A stretch of DNA of 64,000 nt from an uncultured delta proteobacterium (lineage in GTDB: Bacteria > Bdellovibrionota > FAC87 > UBA2466), in contig CAVZSV010000005.1 in assembly GCA_963778115.1 (NCBI GenBank), positions 480,001 to 544,000 of the forward strand. The letters run 5' to 3'. Under the pieces are notes generated by a model that worked only from the letters and a program-made list of their open reading frames with translations, was not told where the DNA came from and did no database searches. Position 1 is the first letter of the stretch, and the number at the start of each line of letters is the position of its first letter. This document shows positions 1 to 10,286 of the stretch, piece after piece. The translations under genes and the position numbers were made by a program.

Positions 1-1469
1 GTAAAATTCCCTTCGAGGTCGGGACTCCGCAGGGCCAATTTCATGGCCTGGTTTTGCTTGTCGAGATAGGCCAATACGAACCGCGGAAAACGTTTTTCAA
101 TATCTTCGTCAGTCACAAAGCCGTGTGTCCAAATCTCTCTAAGCCACCGATGGTCCATGCGATCAGGCCCCAGATCGAGCATCGCTGTTGCCAGGGGTTG
201 GAAGAACCTCCGACGAACCTGCTCCCAATGCGCCTTTGTCGATTGCCCCGCTTTGACCGCCTCTTCGGAACGTTGCAAAGACGCTAGAAACTGCGCTTGT
301 AACGATAGGGCCAGTACCGGATAATTTTTCGCGGCGTCGACGAGGGGTTTTCTCGCTCTGTCAGACAGAAACACGACATCGGGGGTAAGGCTAAGCGCTA
401 CGGCATCGGCAAGGGCGGCTTGCGTTGTTGTCGCTCCCAATACTTTTAGGGCTTCGGCCCATACTTTCTGCAACGAAGTAATGTTAAGTGCTTTTCCGTT
501 AAGAAGTGTGGCCAGCGCTTCGTTAAGTTCCAGCGCCCCAGGCTCCAGACTTTCATTTCCACCGATGGCCGCTTTGATGCCCGCAAAGACGGCTTTTAAT
601 AACTCGTCCTGATTTCCCTCACTATAGATGTTCTTTGCCTTTTGAACACCGCGGTTTAAAGCCCCCGCCGAAAGATTAAAAGAGGCGACTAGCCCGGGAT
701 CAACTAACGTTGCCACTCCTAAGGTGCGAAATATTTTGGCCAGACTATCGGCCAATGCCAGCTGCGCCATGTCTTCGACCTGAGAAGCGAGTTCGGAAGC
801 AATGGCACTTTCTTCTACCCCCATGCGATCCAACGTCTGCGCGATAGAGTTTGCGGTTAACGATCTTTGGGCGTCGGTTTTGTCCTGCGAAAGCAATTGG
901 TCGGCGGCATACAACTCTTTCTCGATCAAATTTACCATGGCATAACGTGCGGCATCCGGGCTTAACAAGGCAAGTTGCCCTACGATAGGCAACATTTCAT
1001 TGGAGCTAAGGGGGCTGTCTCGCAGCATATTGGGAATTTCAGTCTGCACCAAATTGTCGATCTTTTTCCAGCTCGCCAAATCTTCGTAGGACATTCCCTT
1101 GGCAAAAGGCTCAAGCTTGATGGGACCGGAACTGCTAAAGTGAACTCCTTTTAGAAGCGCCACTTGCGCAATGATTCGTCCTGATTCGGCGCATGCCGGG
1201 GAGCTAAGATAAGAGACCATGCCTCTAAAATCATAGGCCTCTCCGTTAGCGAAGTCCGCGAGTGATTCAGGATCGACGGAGCAGCCGCCCGCCCCCTGCC
1301 GCCCGCGACTGCTAGGACTTGCGATCGGTTTTTGCGAAGGCCCTCCCCCATTGTCATCATGGTCGCCCTTTGCCAAGCTTACGGCATTAAAAGCGATGAC
1401 AAGAAATAGTCCGGTCCTAAAAAGGGCTCGACCTTGAGAGCACATTAAATGAAAAATTCTTGGCATCAT
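1..1469 (-). CDS. Large secreted/exported hypothetical protein, alpha-helical, truncated by the window edge (>=489 aa)
   Basis: Not in the ORF track. Manual translation gives an open frame from ATG 1469 (TAATG overlap with the upstream stop) to the edge: MMPRIFHLMCSQGRALFRTGLFLVIAFNAVSLAKG... with a signal-like N-terminus. Confidence 0.8.
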   Translation of the reverse strand, partial: MMPRIFHLMCSQGRALFRTGLFLVIAFNAVSLAKGDHDDNGGGPSQKPIASPSSRGRQGAGGCSVDPESLADFANGEAYDFRGMVSYLSSPACAESGRIIAQVALLKGVHFSSSGPIKLEPFAKGMSYEDLASWKKIDNLVQTEIPNMLRDSPLSSNEMLPIVGQLALLSPDAARYAMVNLIEKELYAADQLLSQDKTDAQRSLTANSIAQTLDRMGVEESAIASELASQVEDMAQLALADSLAKIFRTLGVATLVDPGLVASFNLSAGALNRGVQKAKNIYSEGNQDELLKAVFAGIKAAIGGNESLEPGALELNEALATLLNGKALNITSLQKVWAEALKVLGATTTQAALADAVALSLTPDVVFLSDRARKPLVDAAKNYPVLALSLQAQFLASLQRSEEAVKAGQSTKAHWEQVRRRFFQPLATAMLDLGPDRMDHRWLREIWTHGFVTDEDIEKRFPRFVLAYLDKQNQAMKLALRSPDLEGNF

Positions 1470-2701
1470 TATTTCACCGTAAAGACATACGACTTAATCA
1501 CCTTCGAGCCCGTGGACGATTTCACGCGACAAAAGTAGGTTCCCCGAGCCAGGTCCGTTGTCGGACATTTCGGTTCTGGCATGATTAAACTTTTTATAAT
1601 GTGGGCGAACTTAACGTCGCTAGCAATTTCCACCGGGTTATTGCTAGATAACGACCTGTCCTGGCCTGTAGAACGAAGCGGGACATCTTGAGTCATTAAG
1701 CCGCCCTTTTCCGTCATGGTAAACTGGCCTAAATCGGAAACAACTTCGGCGTTGCCTTTTTTGCCACGAACTCGCCAGTAGTAAGTACGCGGTTCGTCGA
1801 ATTGAATCAGAAGGTGGTTGGTTTTGCTGGAATGGTGTAGCACCTGCTTAAACTCAGAATCCCGAGAGACCTGCAGGACGTAAGAAACGTCTTTAAAGGG
1901 AAGCTTGGTCCAAGTCATAAGCATCCAGCGGTTCTTGGCTAAGTTGTATTTGTTAAGCGGGGGTCGGACGAGCCTGATCGAAAAATCCGAAAAATCGCTG
2001 GCAACAAATTCCTCGGGCGCTTTGGTTGGCCGAGCAGCCTCAAGGTCCACCGGAGTAAAAACTCGATCCAGCGTTCTTTGCTTAAGCTCAGACAAACGAA
2101 GTTCGAAATTGGCGACACCCTCGATGTAACTGCTTGCGCGTTTAATCTTGGCAAAGACGGGGATAATGGGAGCGGCTGGAGCTTCTTTGAGAATAATTTC
2201 CAAATCCTCCATCGTGCTCTGATCCACCTGAAACATAGTGTCCGGGGGAACGATGACCTTTTTCTTGTTGTCCAGGATGAGAGTGGCCGTGGTGTCCTTG
2301 GGGACGTAGATCACATCCTTCATGTAGACCTGTTCGTTCCCTTTAATATCGGACCAGGTGAGACTTTCGGAGTGGCGACGTCGCGCGACCCCTTTGACTT
2401 CGATGTTGCCCACTTTCGTTCCGTTTCGGATCCAATTGAGTGAAGGGGCGAAAAAAAGAAGATACGCGACAACACCAAGCGACACGATCGCCCCCACCAG
2501 AGCGATCTGGTCTTTCAGATCCCTCTCGGGTAAATCTTTCTGCCTCGGGGTTTCGGTCTTGCTATCGTCTTTACCCGTTAGCAGTTGGTGACTTTTTGTG
2601 TCTTTTTCTTTCTTTTCCATCGCTCGAGTTTCCAGATCTCTTTTCGGTAAAAACCCTAGCGAGAATGAGGATCTGCGCGGGAAATCGTAGTGCCATTGCA
2701 T
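1469..2701 (-). CDS. Membrane-anchored FecR-like domain protein with C-terminal FN3/Ig-like domain
   Basis: Single TM helix, then FecR-type segment (RRRHSESLTWSDIKGNEQVYMKDVIYV) and FN3-like YVLQVSRD...YYWRVRG. Start may be 2620. Confidence 0.65.
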   Translation of the reverse strand: MQWHYDFPRRSSFSLGFLPKRDLETRAMEKKEKDTKSHQLLTGKDDSKTETPRQKDLPERDLKDQIALVGAIVSLGVVAYLLFFAPSLNWIRNGTKVGNIEVKGVARRRHSESLTWSDIKGNEQVYMKDVIYVPKDTTATLILDNKKKVIVPPDTMFQVDQSTMEDLEIILKEAPAAPIIPVFAKIKRASSYIEGVANFELRLSELKQRTLDRVFTPVDLEAARPTKAPEEFVASDFSDFSIRLVRPPLNKYNLAKNRWMLMTWTKLPFKDVSYVLQVSRDSEFKQVLHHSSKTNHLLIQFDEPRTYYWRVRGKKGNAEVVSDLGQFTMTEKGGLMTQDVPLRSTGQDRSLSSNNPVEIASDVKFAHIIKSLIMPEPKCPTTDLARGTYFCRVKSSTGSKVIKSYVFTVK

Positions 2702-2719
2702 CGCGGCGAGTTAAGACGA

Positions 2720-3181
2720 TTAATGCGTCCAAAAGCCTGGCATGGCGAGACTGGTCTTCGAAGTAAAGAGTGGATTTAGCTCGGTTTCCCGAGCCACTTT
2801 CACGTGGGCGTCGCTGGCGGCATTGCCACGGTGAATCACAATCTCGGGAGCACCATCTTCATCTTTGGCGATTTCTATCGCTGTGTCAGAGCCTAAAGTG
2901 ACCAGTCCCTTTTCTAATGCGAGACTCGCTTTCTGTCCTTTGCCCGTCACGATCTGATCCCCGATGAAAATTTGCGAATTCTTGGATTCGATCCACCTTA
3001 GCGATCGAGCGGGTAGCTGTTTCACCGGCGTATCACAAGACAAATGCCCCACGGAGTTGAAACTCGTTGTGGGCGATTTATGGCAGATGGCCACGATAAG
3101 TCCCATGACGAGCAGTATACTCAAGCGAACCAACCAACGGTCGTTTACCGCAATTTGATCCTTATTGAGTTGGGCTTGCAT
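2720..3181 (-). CDS. Small FecR-like domain membrane protein
   Basis: TM helix followed by SLRW...IFIGDQIVTG...LGSDT...IHRG FecR-type pattern. Confidence 0.6.
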   Translation of the reverse strand: MQAQLNKDQIAVNDRWLVRLSILLVMGLIVAICHKSPTTSFNSVGHLSCDTPVKQLPARSLRWIESKNSQIFIGDQIVTGKGQKASLALEKGLVTLGSDTAIEIAKDEDGAPEIVIHRGNAASDAHVKVARETELNPLFTSKTSLAMPGFWTH

Positions 3182-3380
3182 ATGGCTACTTCGGCAATCG
3201 GGACCAAAGCCTTTAACTCACTGTATTCTCAATGTTTTAACGCATGTGGACAAACCAATAACGTCACCGTGACCGAAAAAAGCCTTCAATTTTTGTCACC
3301 GAATCGATAAGCCCATACCGCTTGATGGGTTATGTTCCTAAAATAACTTCGGTTTGCCGTAATCCTCTAAAAAGCTGCCG

Positions 3381-3396
3381 TGGCATGGATGTTGCT
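3381..3396 (+). promoter_or_regulatory. sigma54 (-24/-12) promoter
   Basis: TGGCATGGATGTTGCT = GG-N10-GC with TGGCA and TTGCT, intergenic, 84 nt before ATG 3480. Confidence 0.75.
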
Positions 3397-3479
3397 CAAC
3401 CTATACTTCGGTGGGTGGTTGGCGTTGGTGTTGCGGCTAAAGTTGTAGTGGTTGAAGTGGTCGTTTGTGGAGGTTGGAG

Positions 3480-3788
3480 ATGGCTAGCCGAGATAAGAGT
3501 CAGGGTTTTGGATTCGTGTACGTCGATTTAGCGAAGATTCTCGCTGAGAGAGACAAAATAGATCCTCAGAGCAACGCTCCTATTCATACTAAAGATGCGC
3601 CGGTAATCAATTTTAATAAGGACACGAATGTCCGTCCGATCGCAGAAACGCCTTCTCAAGATTCCAAAGATCGCACGACTGCCATTTCACAAATTCGTGA
3701 AAACCTCGATCGCTTGCAGTCCTTACATCACAAATTGCACGCGATGCTCGAAGAGCTGAGCAAGACTACCGACAAGAAAAAAAGATAA
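3480..3788 (+). CDS. Small hypothetical protein with C-terminal coiled coil
   Basis: GGAGG SD before ATG 3480; MASRDKSQGFGFVYVDL...IRENLDRLQSLHHKLHAMLEEL. Confidence 0.7.
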   Translation: MASRDKSQGFGFVYVDLAKILAERDKIDPQSNAPIHTKDAPVINFNKDTNVRPIAETPSQDSKDRTTAISQIRENLDRLQSLHHKLHAMLEELSKTTDKKKR

Positions 3789-3937
3789 TTACGTTCCCGT
3801 TATTTTTTTAAGGGCCGTGCTAAAGAAAAACCGCTAACGCGGATTTTAGATTCAGTATAAGTATGAATATTTGCTGCATCTAAAATCCGAGAACGGGTTT
3901 TGCTCCCCTTCCTTCAGATCTGGTACAATCACCAGCG

Positions 3938-5851
3938 ATGAAATCATATCTCGTTCTTTTTGTGATAATCCCCCTCGTATCAGTCAACGCTTGGGCCCGA
4001 TGGGCGACTGAGAAAGATAGCCCGGCCATATCCGAGTTCGATAAGGCCAAGATGGAGATAAGAAGCGATGGCAGTTGGACCGCCAAGCGAGACAGCCAAC
4101 TTAAGATACTCAATGAAGAAGGGCGATCCCAACTGGGGACAAGCAACATTAAGTACAACGCCCGTACGTCCAAGATAAGCGATCTTGAGGCAGAAACCAT
4201 TCACGAGGACGGCTCCAGTCAAAGCGTTCCTAAGGACTTCATTGAAGACAAGTCGCTCGCTAGTAGCGCTGAGGGGTTTGACGACACGCGCCAGTTATCC
4301 ATCGCTTTCCCCAAAGTGGAAGTGGGATCGCGGCTCCACTTGAAGTACCGAGAGGACCTTAACGAAGTTCCTATCAAAGATTTCTTTTCGCGCGAGTTTC
4401 TCTTCGGAACCGATATCATCGAGCAAAATACGGAAATCGAGATACATTCAAAGTTGCCCTTATTCATCGAGACCAATGATCCGCACGCGGTTCTTGATAT
4501 TTCAGACCGCAAAGACGGCGATGAACAGGTAATCGTCATTAAGCTCAAAAAACCGCTGTTTACCAAGCCTATAGACGAAACCGACGCTTATCTTAACCAC
4601 TCAGACATGACGTGGGTCGTACTATCCAGCAGCAAAGACTATGCCCTTTTAGGAAATTCGGTCACCCAAGAATATGAAGCGGTTTTGAACGCCGACTTGC
4701 CTGCCCCCTTCAAAACTATCTTGGAAGCTGCTCGCAAAGAAAAAACTCTGACCGACCAAGCAAACACGATCACTTCATTGCTTGCCGATCAGGTTCGCTA
4801 CCTAGGTGACTGGCGTCCGCGTCGCGGCGGACATATTCCGCGCTCTCTGGAAACCATCTCGTCCACCAAATTCGGCGACTGCAAGGACTTTGCATCTGTC
4901 ACGGCAGCCATTCTTCGTAAACTTGGCCATACCGCTTGGGTGGCATGGGTAGAACGGGGAATGAAGCCGACTCCGCTGCCGAAATTGGCGTTGGATTCGG
5001 CCTTCAACCACGCCATCGTGGCCGTTGAGACCAAAGAGGGAATTCGTTGGCTGGATCCCACGAACTATGCAAGTTTTGCCCAAGGAATCTTTGACGATAT
5101 TCAAGGTCGCCCCGCTCTTTTGATAGTTCCTTCTCATTCACACATGGAAGAAATTCCGATTAGCCCGGCAAATCAGTCCGAACTCTCTCGAATCTCAAAT
5201 CTCGCCTTCGATCTTAACGGAGATGCCATTCTTCGTGCTGATTTGAGCTACCAAGGTCGCGGAGCCACTTTGGTTACCGGACTCACCAGAGAAATGTCGA
5301 CGGAAAGTATTAATTACTTGCTCGCCAAAGCGGTCGCGGAGGACAACTACGTGAAATGGACGAAAGTCCAAAATTACGATCTTTCCAGTCGAATCGTGAA
5401 AGACACGTTCTTTAAGATCGAAGTCGGCGTTAAGAACATGGCTTTGCAAACTACCGCCGGACTCGCCTACCAAATGCCGCGTGGAGACTTAAGAAGCCTA
5501 CTTGAAATGGAGCCATCCAATCGCGTGTCCGACTATTACTTGGGAAACTATGAGATAGTGCGCATTACTTACCAGATCGATCAGGCGCAACTCATTGGTC
5601 ACTTGCCGCGAGGATGCGAATTAGACTCCCCCTGGATGAAAATTTCGCGAGTGTTTAAGAAAACCAAAACTGGAATCGAGATAAGCGACAAACGAGAAAT
5701 TAAAAAGCGGAACTTGACCAACAAAGAAATTAAAGGTGCGATATTTGGAAAATTTCAAGATTCTCTTCAGAGTTGCTTCAGACAGGTCGCCGTCGTATTC
5801 CGCACCACGAAAAAAAGATCCCATTTGGAATCCTCAAGCGGGAAACCTTAG
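3938..5851 (+). CDS. DUF3857 / transglutaminase-like domain protein, secreted
   Basis: Signal peptide; catalytic-triad motifs GDCKD, FNHAI, WLDPT. Confidence 0.85.
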   Translation: MKSYLVLFVIIPLVSVNAWARWATEKDSPAISEFDKAKMEIRSDGSWTAKRDSQLKILNEEGRSQLGTSNIKYNARTSKISDLEAETIHEDGSSQSVPKDFIEDKSLASSAEGFDDTRQLSIAFPKVEVGSRLHLKYREDLNEVPIKDFFSREFLFGTDIIEQNTEIEIHSKLPLFIETNDPHAVLDISDRKDGDEQVIVIKLKKPLFTKPIDETDAYLNHSDMTWVVLSSSKDYALLGNSVTQEYEAVLNADLPAPFKTILEAARKEKTLTDQANTITSLLADQVRYLGDWRPRRGGHIPRSLETISSTKFGDCKDFASVTAAILRKLGHTAWVAWVERGMKPTPLPKLALDSAFNHAIVAVETKEGIRWLDPTNYASFAQGIFDDIQGRPALLIVPSHSHMEEIPISPANQSELSRISNLAFDLNGDAILRADLSYQGRGATLVTGLTREMSTESINYLLAKAVAEDNYVKWTKVQNYDLSSRIVKDTFFKIEVGVKNMALQTTAGLAYQMPRGDLRSLLEMEPSNRVSDYYLGNYEIVRITYQIDQAQLIGHLPRGCELDSPWMKISRVFKKTKTGIEISDKREIKKRNLTNKEIKGAIFGKFQDSLQSCFRQVAVVFRTTKKRSHLESSSGKP

Positions 5852-6066
5852 CTATTGGCCGAGTGCGGCAATTATATTTAGGCACTATGATAAAAATAGT
5901 CGCTAATTTATTTTCTATCTAAGACAATCCCTTTTATAATTAGTTACTCGATGTTGTCTGTTTGAAAAAAATTCGTTTGCGTACCAGACCAATCTTTTTC
6001 AAAATATATATTCAGGCGATTCGAAACTGCAGTTATCCAAACATAAATTTCTGAGCGCAAAAATAA

Positions 6067-7491
6067 ATGCAAAGCAACTCACGCTTCGAAACTAATCCGG
6101 ATTCTCGCAAATATGTCGGCCCTTTTCCTGGTGAGATTTCACCAAGTGAAGTTCCAAAAGACGCCGTCCCCGAGGGGCGAGATCTTCGCAAAGAATTAAT
6201 GGCGAAGATTTTAGATCGTTCCGCTCTGGTGGGTGTCGTCGGAATGGGTTATGTCGGTCTACCCTTTGCCGTCGAGAAAGCCAAAATGGGCTACTCCGTC
6301 ATCGGGCTGGATAACAACCTCTCACGGGTCGACCAGATAAACCGAGGGGAGAACTTCATACCCGACGTTCACGACGCGGAACTGAAGGCTTTGGTCGGTA
6401 GCGGAATTTTCCGCGCAACCACCGACTACCAATGTGTTGCCGATTTAGATGTCATTGTTATTGCCGTCCCTACTCCCCTTACGAAAAATCTAACTCCTGA
6501 CCTTCAGTATGTCGAAAGAGTCACACGGGAGCTTGCTCGACGAATGCGCCCGGGTCAGCTGATAAGTCTTGAGTCCACCACTTATCCGGGAACGACCGAA
6601 GAGATTATGTTGCCCATTCTTCAAGAGTCAGGGCTTAAGGTCGAAAAGGACTTTTTCCTCGCCCATTCGCCAGAGCGCGTAGATCCGGGAAACAAGAGAT
6701 TTTCGACGAAAAACACCACTAAAGTGGTAGGTGGAGTCGGACCTAAGTCTCACGAAGTTGCTGTCAGCTTCTATTCGAGCACTATCGACAATGTAGTTCC
6801 GGTTTCCAGTGCAAAAGCGGCCGAACTCGTAAAGGTTTTTGAAAATACCTTCCGAGCCGTGAATATCGCTCTGGTCAATGAGTTGACCCAGCTTTGCGAC
6901 AAGATGGATCTCAATGTTTGGGAAGTCTTAGACGCGGCGTTCACCAAACCGTTCGGAATCATGCCGTTCTATCCTGGTCCCGGCGTCGGTGGGCACTGCA
7001 TTCCTCTCGACCCACACTATTTGGAGTGGAAAGCTAAGGAGCTAAATTTCAATACCCGCTTTATTTCACTCGCTGGTGAAGTGAATCGTTCCATGCCTGA
7101 TTTCGTCATCGATAAGATCATCCGAGTGCTGGAACACACCGGCAAAAGTCTTTCTGCGGCTAAGATCGCGGTTCTTGGAGTCTCCTACAAGAAAGATGTA
7201 GGCGACTACCGGGAATCTCCGGCGGTCAGTATTATTCACCTTCTCAAAAAACGCGGCGCATTGGTTCGTTTTCATGACCCTTATGTCACCGAAATCCACG
7301 AAGACGGCTTTTCCTTGGACGGTCACGAAATGAGTGCGGAGCTGCTCTCTTCAAGTGATGTGACGTTGATTCTAACCGATCACAGCTCTGTGGATTATGA
7401 CTTCGTGGTCAACCACTCCAAGGTGGTCTTCGATACGCGCAATATCACCAAAAAGGTGAGACAATTTCGCGAGCGAATCATTCTCTTATAA
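6067..7491 (+). CDS. wbpA: Nucleotide-sugar dehydrogenase (UDP-GlcNAc 6-dehydrogenase, WbpA-like)
   Basis: GMGYVG Rossmann motif, ESTTYPG, SPERVDPG, GVGGHCIP catalytic Cys. Confidence 0.88.
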   Translation: MQSNSRFETNPDSRKYVGPFPGEISPSEVPKDAVPEGRDLRKELMAKILDRSALVGVVGMGYVGLPFAVEKAKMGYSVIGLDNNLSRVDQINRGENFIPDVHDAELKALVGSGIFRATTDYQCVADLDVIVIAVPTPLTKNLTPDLQYVERVTRELARRMRPGQLISLESTTYPGTTEEIMLPILQESGLKVEKDFFLAHSPERVDPGNKRFSTKNTTKVVGGVGPKSHEVAVSFYSSTIDNVVPVSSAKAAELVKVFENTFRAVNIALVNELTQLCDKMDLNVWEVLDAAFTKPFGIMPFYPGPGVGGHCIPLDPHYLEWKAKELNFNTRFISLAGEVNRSMPDFVIDKIIRVLEHTGKSLSAAKIAVLGVSYKKDVGDYRESPAVSIIHLLKKRGALVRFHDPYVTEIHEDGFSLDGHEMSAELLSSSDVTLILTDHSSVDYDFVVNHSKVVFDTRNITKKVRQFRERIILL

Positions 7492-8016
7492 GTTTTCGGC
7501 ACCCGCTGGCTCTTGAGCCATAAACCCCAATGCAAAAAGGGTCTTAAAAATAAGACTCTCCGGTAGCAATGCCGGACTCTTTACGATCTGACACGTCATT
7601 AAACTTCCCGAAGGGTGGGGAGAGACTTCGAGCTTCGCCAAAACGGTAAAGCCCGCCGTGAGCTCTACGTCGTAAAAGAAAGAAGTGGCGTTGCGATCCA
7701 CCAAAGTCGTTTTAACCGTAACCAGCCTTGCCCCTCCGAAAGCAGGATCTACCAAGGGCAAATCCGGCATTATATTCATCGTCACCGTATTTCCCTCGAT
7801 TAATTTCGATTGGATTCGAAAAAATCGATCTAGTCTCGAAGCGTAGTGTTGTTGGCGGGTCATGGGGTAACGAGCCAATCTCGTGGAGAGCGCTGAAGCA
7901 AATTCGTCGGGGCTCGCATGGATGACGCGATATCCTTTCATGGGAACTGCCGCCCACAAAGGTTGTGAAAAAAAACCGACCAGCACAATCGCGGACACAA
8001 ACGATCGAAGCTTCAT
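7486..8016 (-). CDS. Secreted hypothetical protein
   Basis: 176-aa ORF with signal peptide (PLWA-A), last gene of the minus-strand run. Confidence 0.6.
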   Translation of the reverse strand: MKLRSFVSAIVLVGFFSQPLWAAVPMKGYRVIHASPDEFASALSTRLARYPMTRQQHYASRLDRFFRIQSKLIEGNTVTMNIMPDLPLVDPAFGGARLVTVKTTLVDRNATSFFYDVELTAGFTVLAKLEVSPHPSGSLMTCQIVKSPALLPESLIFKTLFALGFMAQEPAGAENL

Positions 8017-8087
8017 GGATTATCCTCGCTTAAGGTGATTATTCAGACGTTCACAGCGTTGGCTTGCCTAAGCCGCGAATAGCTGCG

Positions 8088-8675
8088 TCATCGTCTGGCT
8101 AGTAACAGATATTCGTGGGTCCCTTCCTTTTGATACGGGGCATCGAACCGGACCTGGGGCTTTCCTATTGATACCAACGGAATGGGATTGAAAGACTCTT
8201 TGAGACACGTAAGCTCCAAAAGGGCGGACTGGGAAATGAATCTAGGGTTGGTGCCTACTACTAGTTGGCCCTCGGTCTTAAGGTGTCGGCTGATAACTCG
8301 AAACGCGTTTTGAATATCACTCGGCGCATCAAGCCCAAAACCGATAACTCCGTTCAAAAAAACCAAATCCAACCCGTCAGGGAAAAATGCCTCTCGGAAG
8401 CTATCTAGATCTAGGATATCGCCATTGATATGAAGATCGCCACCAAATTTTGCCATCGAAGGATCGCAATCGATCGTGATAAATCGAGAGCGTTTGAAGT
8501 ATTGTCCGTAACCTCTGGTATAGCGACGAACCCCCACAAAAAGCACCGAGGGCAATCCGAGACGACCAAAGTGAGGAAGCAGCTGGTGACTCAAGAATCG
8601 ACGATCACTAGGAAGCCACAAACCCCAATTCCAAGATTGAAAGTATAAGTAATTATAGAGTCGGGCGAGAAACAA
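8088..8675 (-). CDS. Class I SAM-dependent methyltransferase-like protein
   Basis: VLFVGV, ITID, DLVFLNGVIGFG, LKTEG-LVVG pattern. Confidence 0.7.
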   Translation of the reverse strand: MFLARLYNYLYFQSWNWGLWLPSDRRFLSHQLLPHFGRLGLPSVLFVGVRRYTRGYGQYFKRSRFITIDCDPSMAKFGGDLHINGDILDLDSFREAFFPDGLDLVFLNGVIGFGLDAPSDIQNAFRVISRHLKTEGQLVVGTNPRFISQSALLELTCLKESFNPIPLVSIGKPQVRFDAPYQKEGTHEYLLLARR

Positions 8676-10239
8676 AAGCGGTCTCCAATCTCACAGGCAA
8701 GGAACGCATTTTAGTTTCAGGCCTGCCCGCCCACCCCGAACTCCATTTTAGAATCTCTCTTCGAAAGCGAAAAATCCCAGCCGAAAGCGAGAGAAAATCT
8801 CGCCTTCCGTCGATAAAAATAGTCCCCTCGAGCATGCTCAAATGATGACAAGCATCGGGATACTCCGAGCTGGGTGATATCCGCCGATAAAACTCCTCGC
8901 TAAAGGCTTCGGGTGTTAGTCTATTAATTCTTTGCAACACGATCGATTGACCGTAACTCGTTGAACAATCCTGAGCCGGTCGCAAAAGATGTCCTTGATA
9001 GTTAAAAACATTTCCTGCCGATCGACTGCTGGAGGCGTCGCATTTGATAGGATTGAGCAAATGAGGAATCCAGGGACCACTCATCCTTGACGAGTACCAG
9101 GCATGCAAACGGCTGTTGCCCTCGGAATAGTCATCGAAAATGGTGGCAAACACCCACCACAACCCTCCGGAACGAAAAATAGTAGGATCGGCGTATCTAT
9201 CGCCTTCCGCGACAACTCCCACCTTTTGCCATACTCGAGGAAATTTTTCGCAGCGATAGATAGCGATTTCCCGACGAGCCAGGGTCTCTGGTACGCAGAA
9301 AAGTCTTTCGTTGTCACGAATGAGGCAAGGATAAGAGGTGTGGAAAGGAAATTCTAAAGCAACATCTCGCTTGTGATCGTAAATCCCACCGTCCAAAGGC
9401 AAAACGGCGATGGCACCTTTTTGTTTGCAAAAATCATAGCGTTCCGCAAAGACGAATTTCTCACCCTTTTCGCTAGTAATAAAAGGATCGGCATAGAAAA
9501 GGGGCCACTTAAGATCCATCAGCCAATCCACTCCGGAGGGCCGCCCTGCTTCCAGAAGCCCTTCCAGCGTATCTGTGGCCATACCAATATTCCATTGAGG
9601 AAAAATAAATGCTCTTCGAATCGCTCTCGCCACATGCGCAATTTTTCGTAGAGGAAGCAAAGCGAACAACATCGCTTTCATCAATAAACTTTCCCCTATT
9701 TGCCCTTCACCAGAGACACTACGCTCTATTTTAATCTTTCCTGTGTCGATAATCTGTTGGGCTAAACGGGCAGGCCAATCACTGCATTGGGCCAGGACGG
9801 ATACCCGGTGCTGCCTGAGGGAGTGAAGAACGGATCGAAACTTCCCTCTTTTTAAAATTTCAAGTTTCCCGTCGAGAGAATGACAAACCAGAGCCACTTC
9901 CTGGGTCGCTCGATTCCATAGTTCGCCAATTCCAAACCTTGAAGCATCTTTCGTAGCCAGATTTCGAGGCCCAAACCGCAAAGACCAAATCCCGTAGGGC
10001 AGAAAGGATGCCCATTCCAGGGGAACTTCGGCGTCCAAATTCAAAATGAAGTCTAGCCGCAAAGCCTCTACCGATTGGCTAGAAGTACTTTGCAGTAAAG
10101 AAAGCATAACTAGATTAGTGGAGCCACAGACCTTGCTTAACTCCTCCACGAATCCTTTGGACCACTCCGGTAGCGATTCTCTAAAGACAATAGCGCATCG
10201 AAGTTGCCTTGGAGTCACGGTATTAAGTGCCGCTAACAC
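8653..10239 (-). CDS. GINT1-N-like beta-propeller (GH43-like fold) protein with degenerate N-terminal formyltransferase-like region
   Basis: FYADPF, HTSYP, PET, DPT, W.PH..NPI, RSAG, RPAQDCS..YG, HH motifs typical of this family. Confidence 0.7.
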   Translation of the reverse strand: MLAALNTVTPRQLRCAIVFRESLPEWSKGFVEELSKVCGSTNLVMLSLLQSTSSQSVEALRLDFILNLDAEVPLEWASFLPYGIWSLRFGPRNLATKDASRFGIGELWNRATQEVALVCHSLDGKLEILKRGKFRSVLHSLRQHRVSVLAQCSDWPARLAQQIIDTGKIKIERSVSGEGQIGESLLMKAMLFALLPLRKIAHVARAIRRAFIFPQWNIGMATDTLEGLLEAGRPSGVDWLMDLKWPLFYADPFITSEKGEKFVFAERYDFCKQKGAIAVLPLDGGIYDHKRDVALEFPFHTSYPCLIRDNERLFCVPETLARREIAIYRCEKFPRVWQKVGVVAEGDRYADPTIFRSGGLWWVFATIFDDYSEGNSRLHAWYSSRMSGPWIPHLLNPIKCDASSSRSAGNVFNYQGHLLRPAQDCSTSYGQSIVLQRINRLTPEAFSEEFYRRISPSSEYPDACHHLSMLEGTIFIDGRRDFLSLSAGIFRFRREILKWSSGWAGRPETKMRSLPVRLETAFVSRPTL

Positions 10240-10286
10240 AGGTCACCGATATGAAGTTGCCACAACATAGTAAGATGGCGTTCGAT

